DNA of 44,891 nt from a virus, in UHGV virus genome UHGV-0435695. The stretch is one strand, 5' to 3'. A model generated the notes under the pieces. The model did no database searches. It was not told the origin of the DNA and was given only the letters and a program-made list of their open reading frames with translations. The position numbers and the translations under genes are program-made. Shown here piece after piece: positions 44,612 through 44,891 of this stretch. How positions within the stretch are numbered: the stretch's first letter is position 1; every line of letters starts with the position of its first letter.

Positions 44612-44891
44612 CTAATCTTCCGTTTCTACAAGTTCTCCATTTTTAAGCGTGTACCATGTATCTGCTTTGATGTTTACTCCATCAACAACTACCGCTTTCC
44701 AGCTGGAAATTTTATAGCTATTTTGTTCTTCTTCTGCAATAACCAAAATTGAACCTAGCCCTCCTTTTGTTTTTACCCTTTTTCCTCTTGCAACAGATAA
44801 TCCATTTTCGCCTGTTGATGATTTTCCCCGACTTGTTGCTGCTCCGCAGTCCCCGGCTGTTGCTGCTCCGCGGTTCCCGGCTGTTGCTGCT
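44612..44891 (-). CDS. C-terminal part of the same heptad-repeat protein; stop codon is at 44612-44614
   Basis: The minus-strand frame continues AATAGNRGAATAGDCGAATSRGKSSTGENGLSVARGKRVKTKGGLGSILVIAEEEQNSYKISSWKAVVVDGVNIKADTWYTLKNGELVETED*. The 48-nt overlap with the window start joins this to 1-434. Confidence 0.55.
   Translation of the reverse strand, partial: AATAGNRGAATAGDCGAATSRGKSSTGENGLSVARGKRVKTKGGLGSILVIAEEEQNSYKISSWKAVVVDGVNIKADTWYTLKNGELVETED

Overview
The window reads as an essentially complete temperate siphovirus-type phage or prophage genome (about 44.8 kb) from a low-GC Firmicute. Evidence for the host type is AT-rich sequence, GGAGG-type ribosome-binding sites, and many Clostridia/Bacillus-like phage protein families. 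The first 48 nt are identical to the last 48 nt, and one gene runs across that junction, so the window is most likely a circular or circularly permuted contig. Layout: (i) A plus-strand lysogeny block at 850-4234 with an ImmR-like XRE repressor, an ImmA/IrrE metallopeptidase, two cargo genes and a tyrosine integrase, followed by attP-like arm repeats; a divergent minus-strand xis lies across the 622-849 switch region. (ii) A long minus-strand late region running from 31.7 kb down to 4.5 kb: Lar, TerS, TerL, portal, minor head protein, a ~6 kb accessory island of small genes in both orientations, scaffold, major capsid, head-tail genes, a holin-like 3-TM protein, DUF4417, major tail, Gp15-type chaperones, tape measure, Dit/Tal-like proteins, tail fibers, a DUF4406 protein, XkdX, and an M15-peptidase endolysin with cell-wall-binding repeats. 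(iii) A minus-strand early region at 42.8-31.9 kb with XRE regulators, a replisome organizer carrying internal iterons, a Rad52-like single-strand annealing protein, an HNH/DUF968-like protein, an HD hydrolase, a PAPS-reductase-family protein, a LexA-like winged-helix protein and many tiny Cys4 zinc-ribbon proteins. (iv) An IS110-family insertion (transposase 43130-44392). (v) A heptad-repeat (GAATAGxS)n protein gene that wraps across the window ends. All protein-family calls are from pattern recognition of the translated ORFs; no database search was run.
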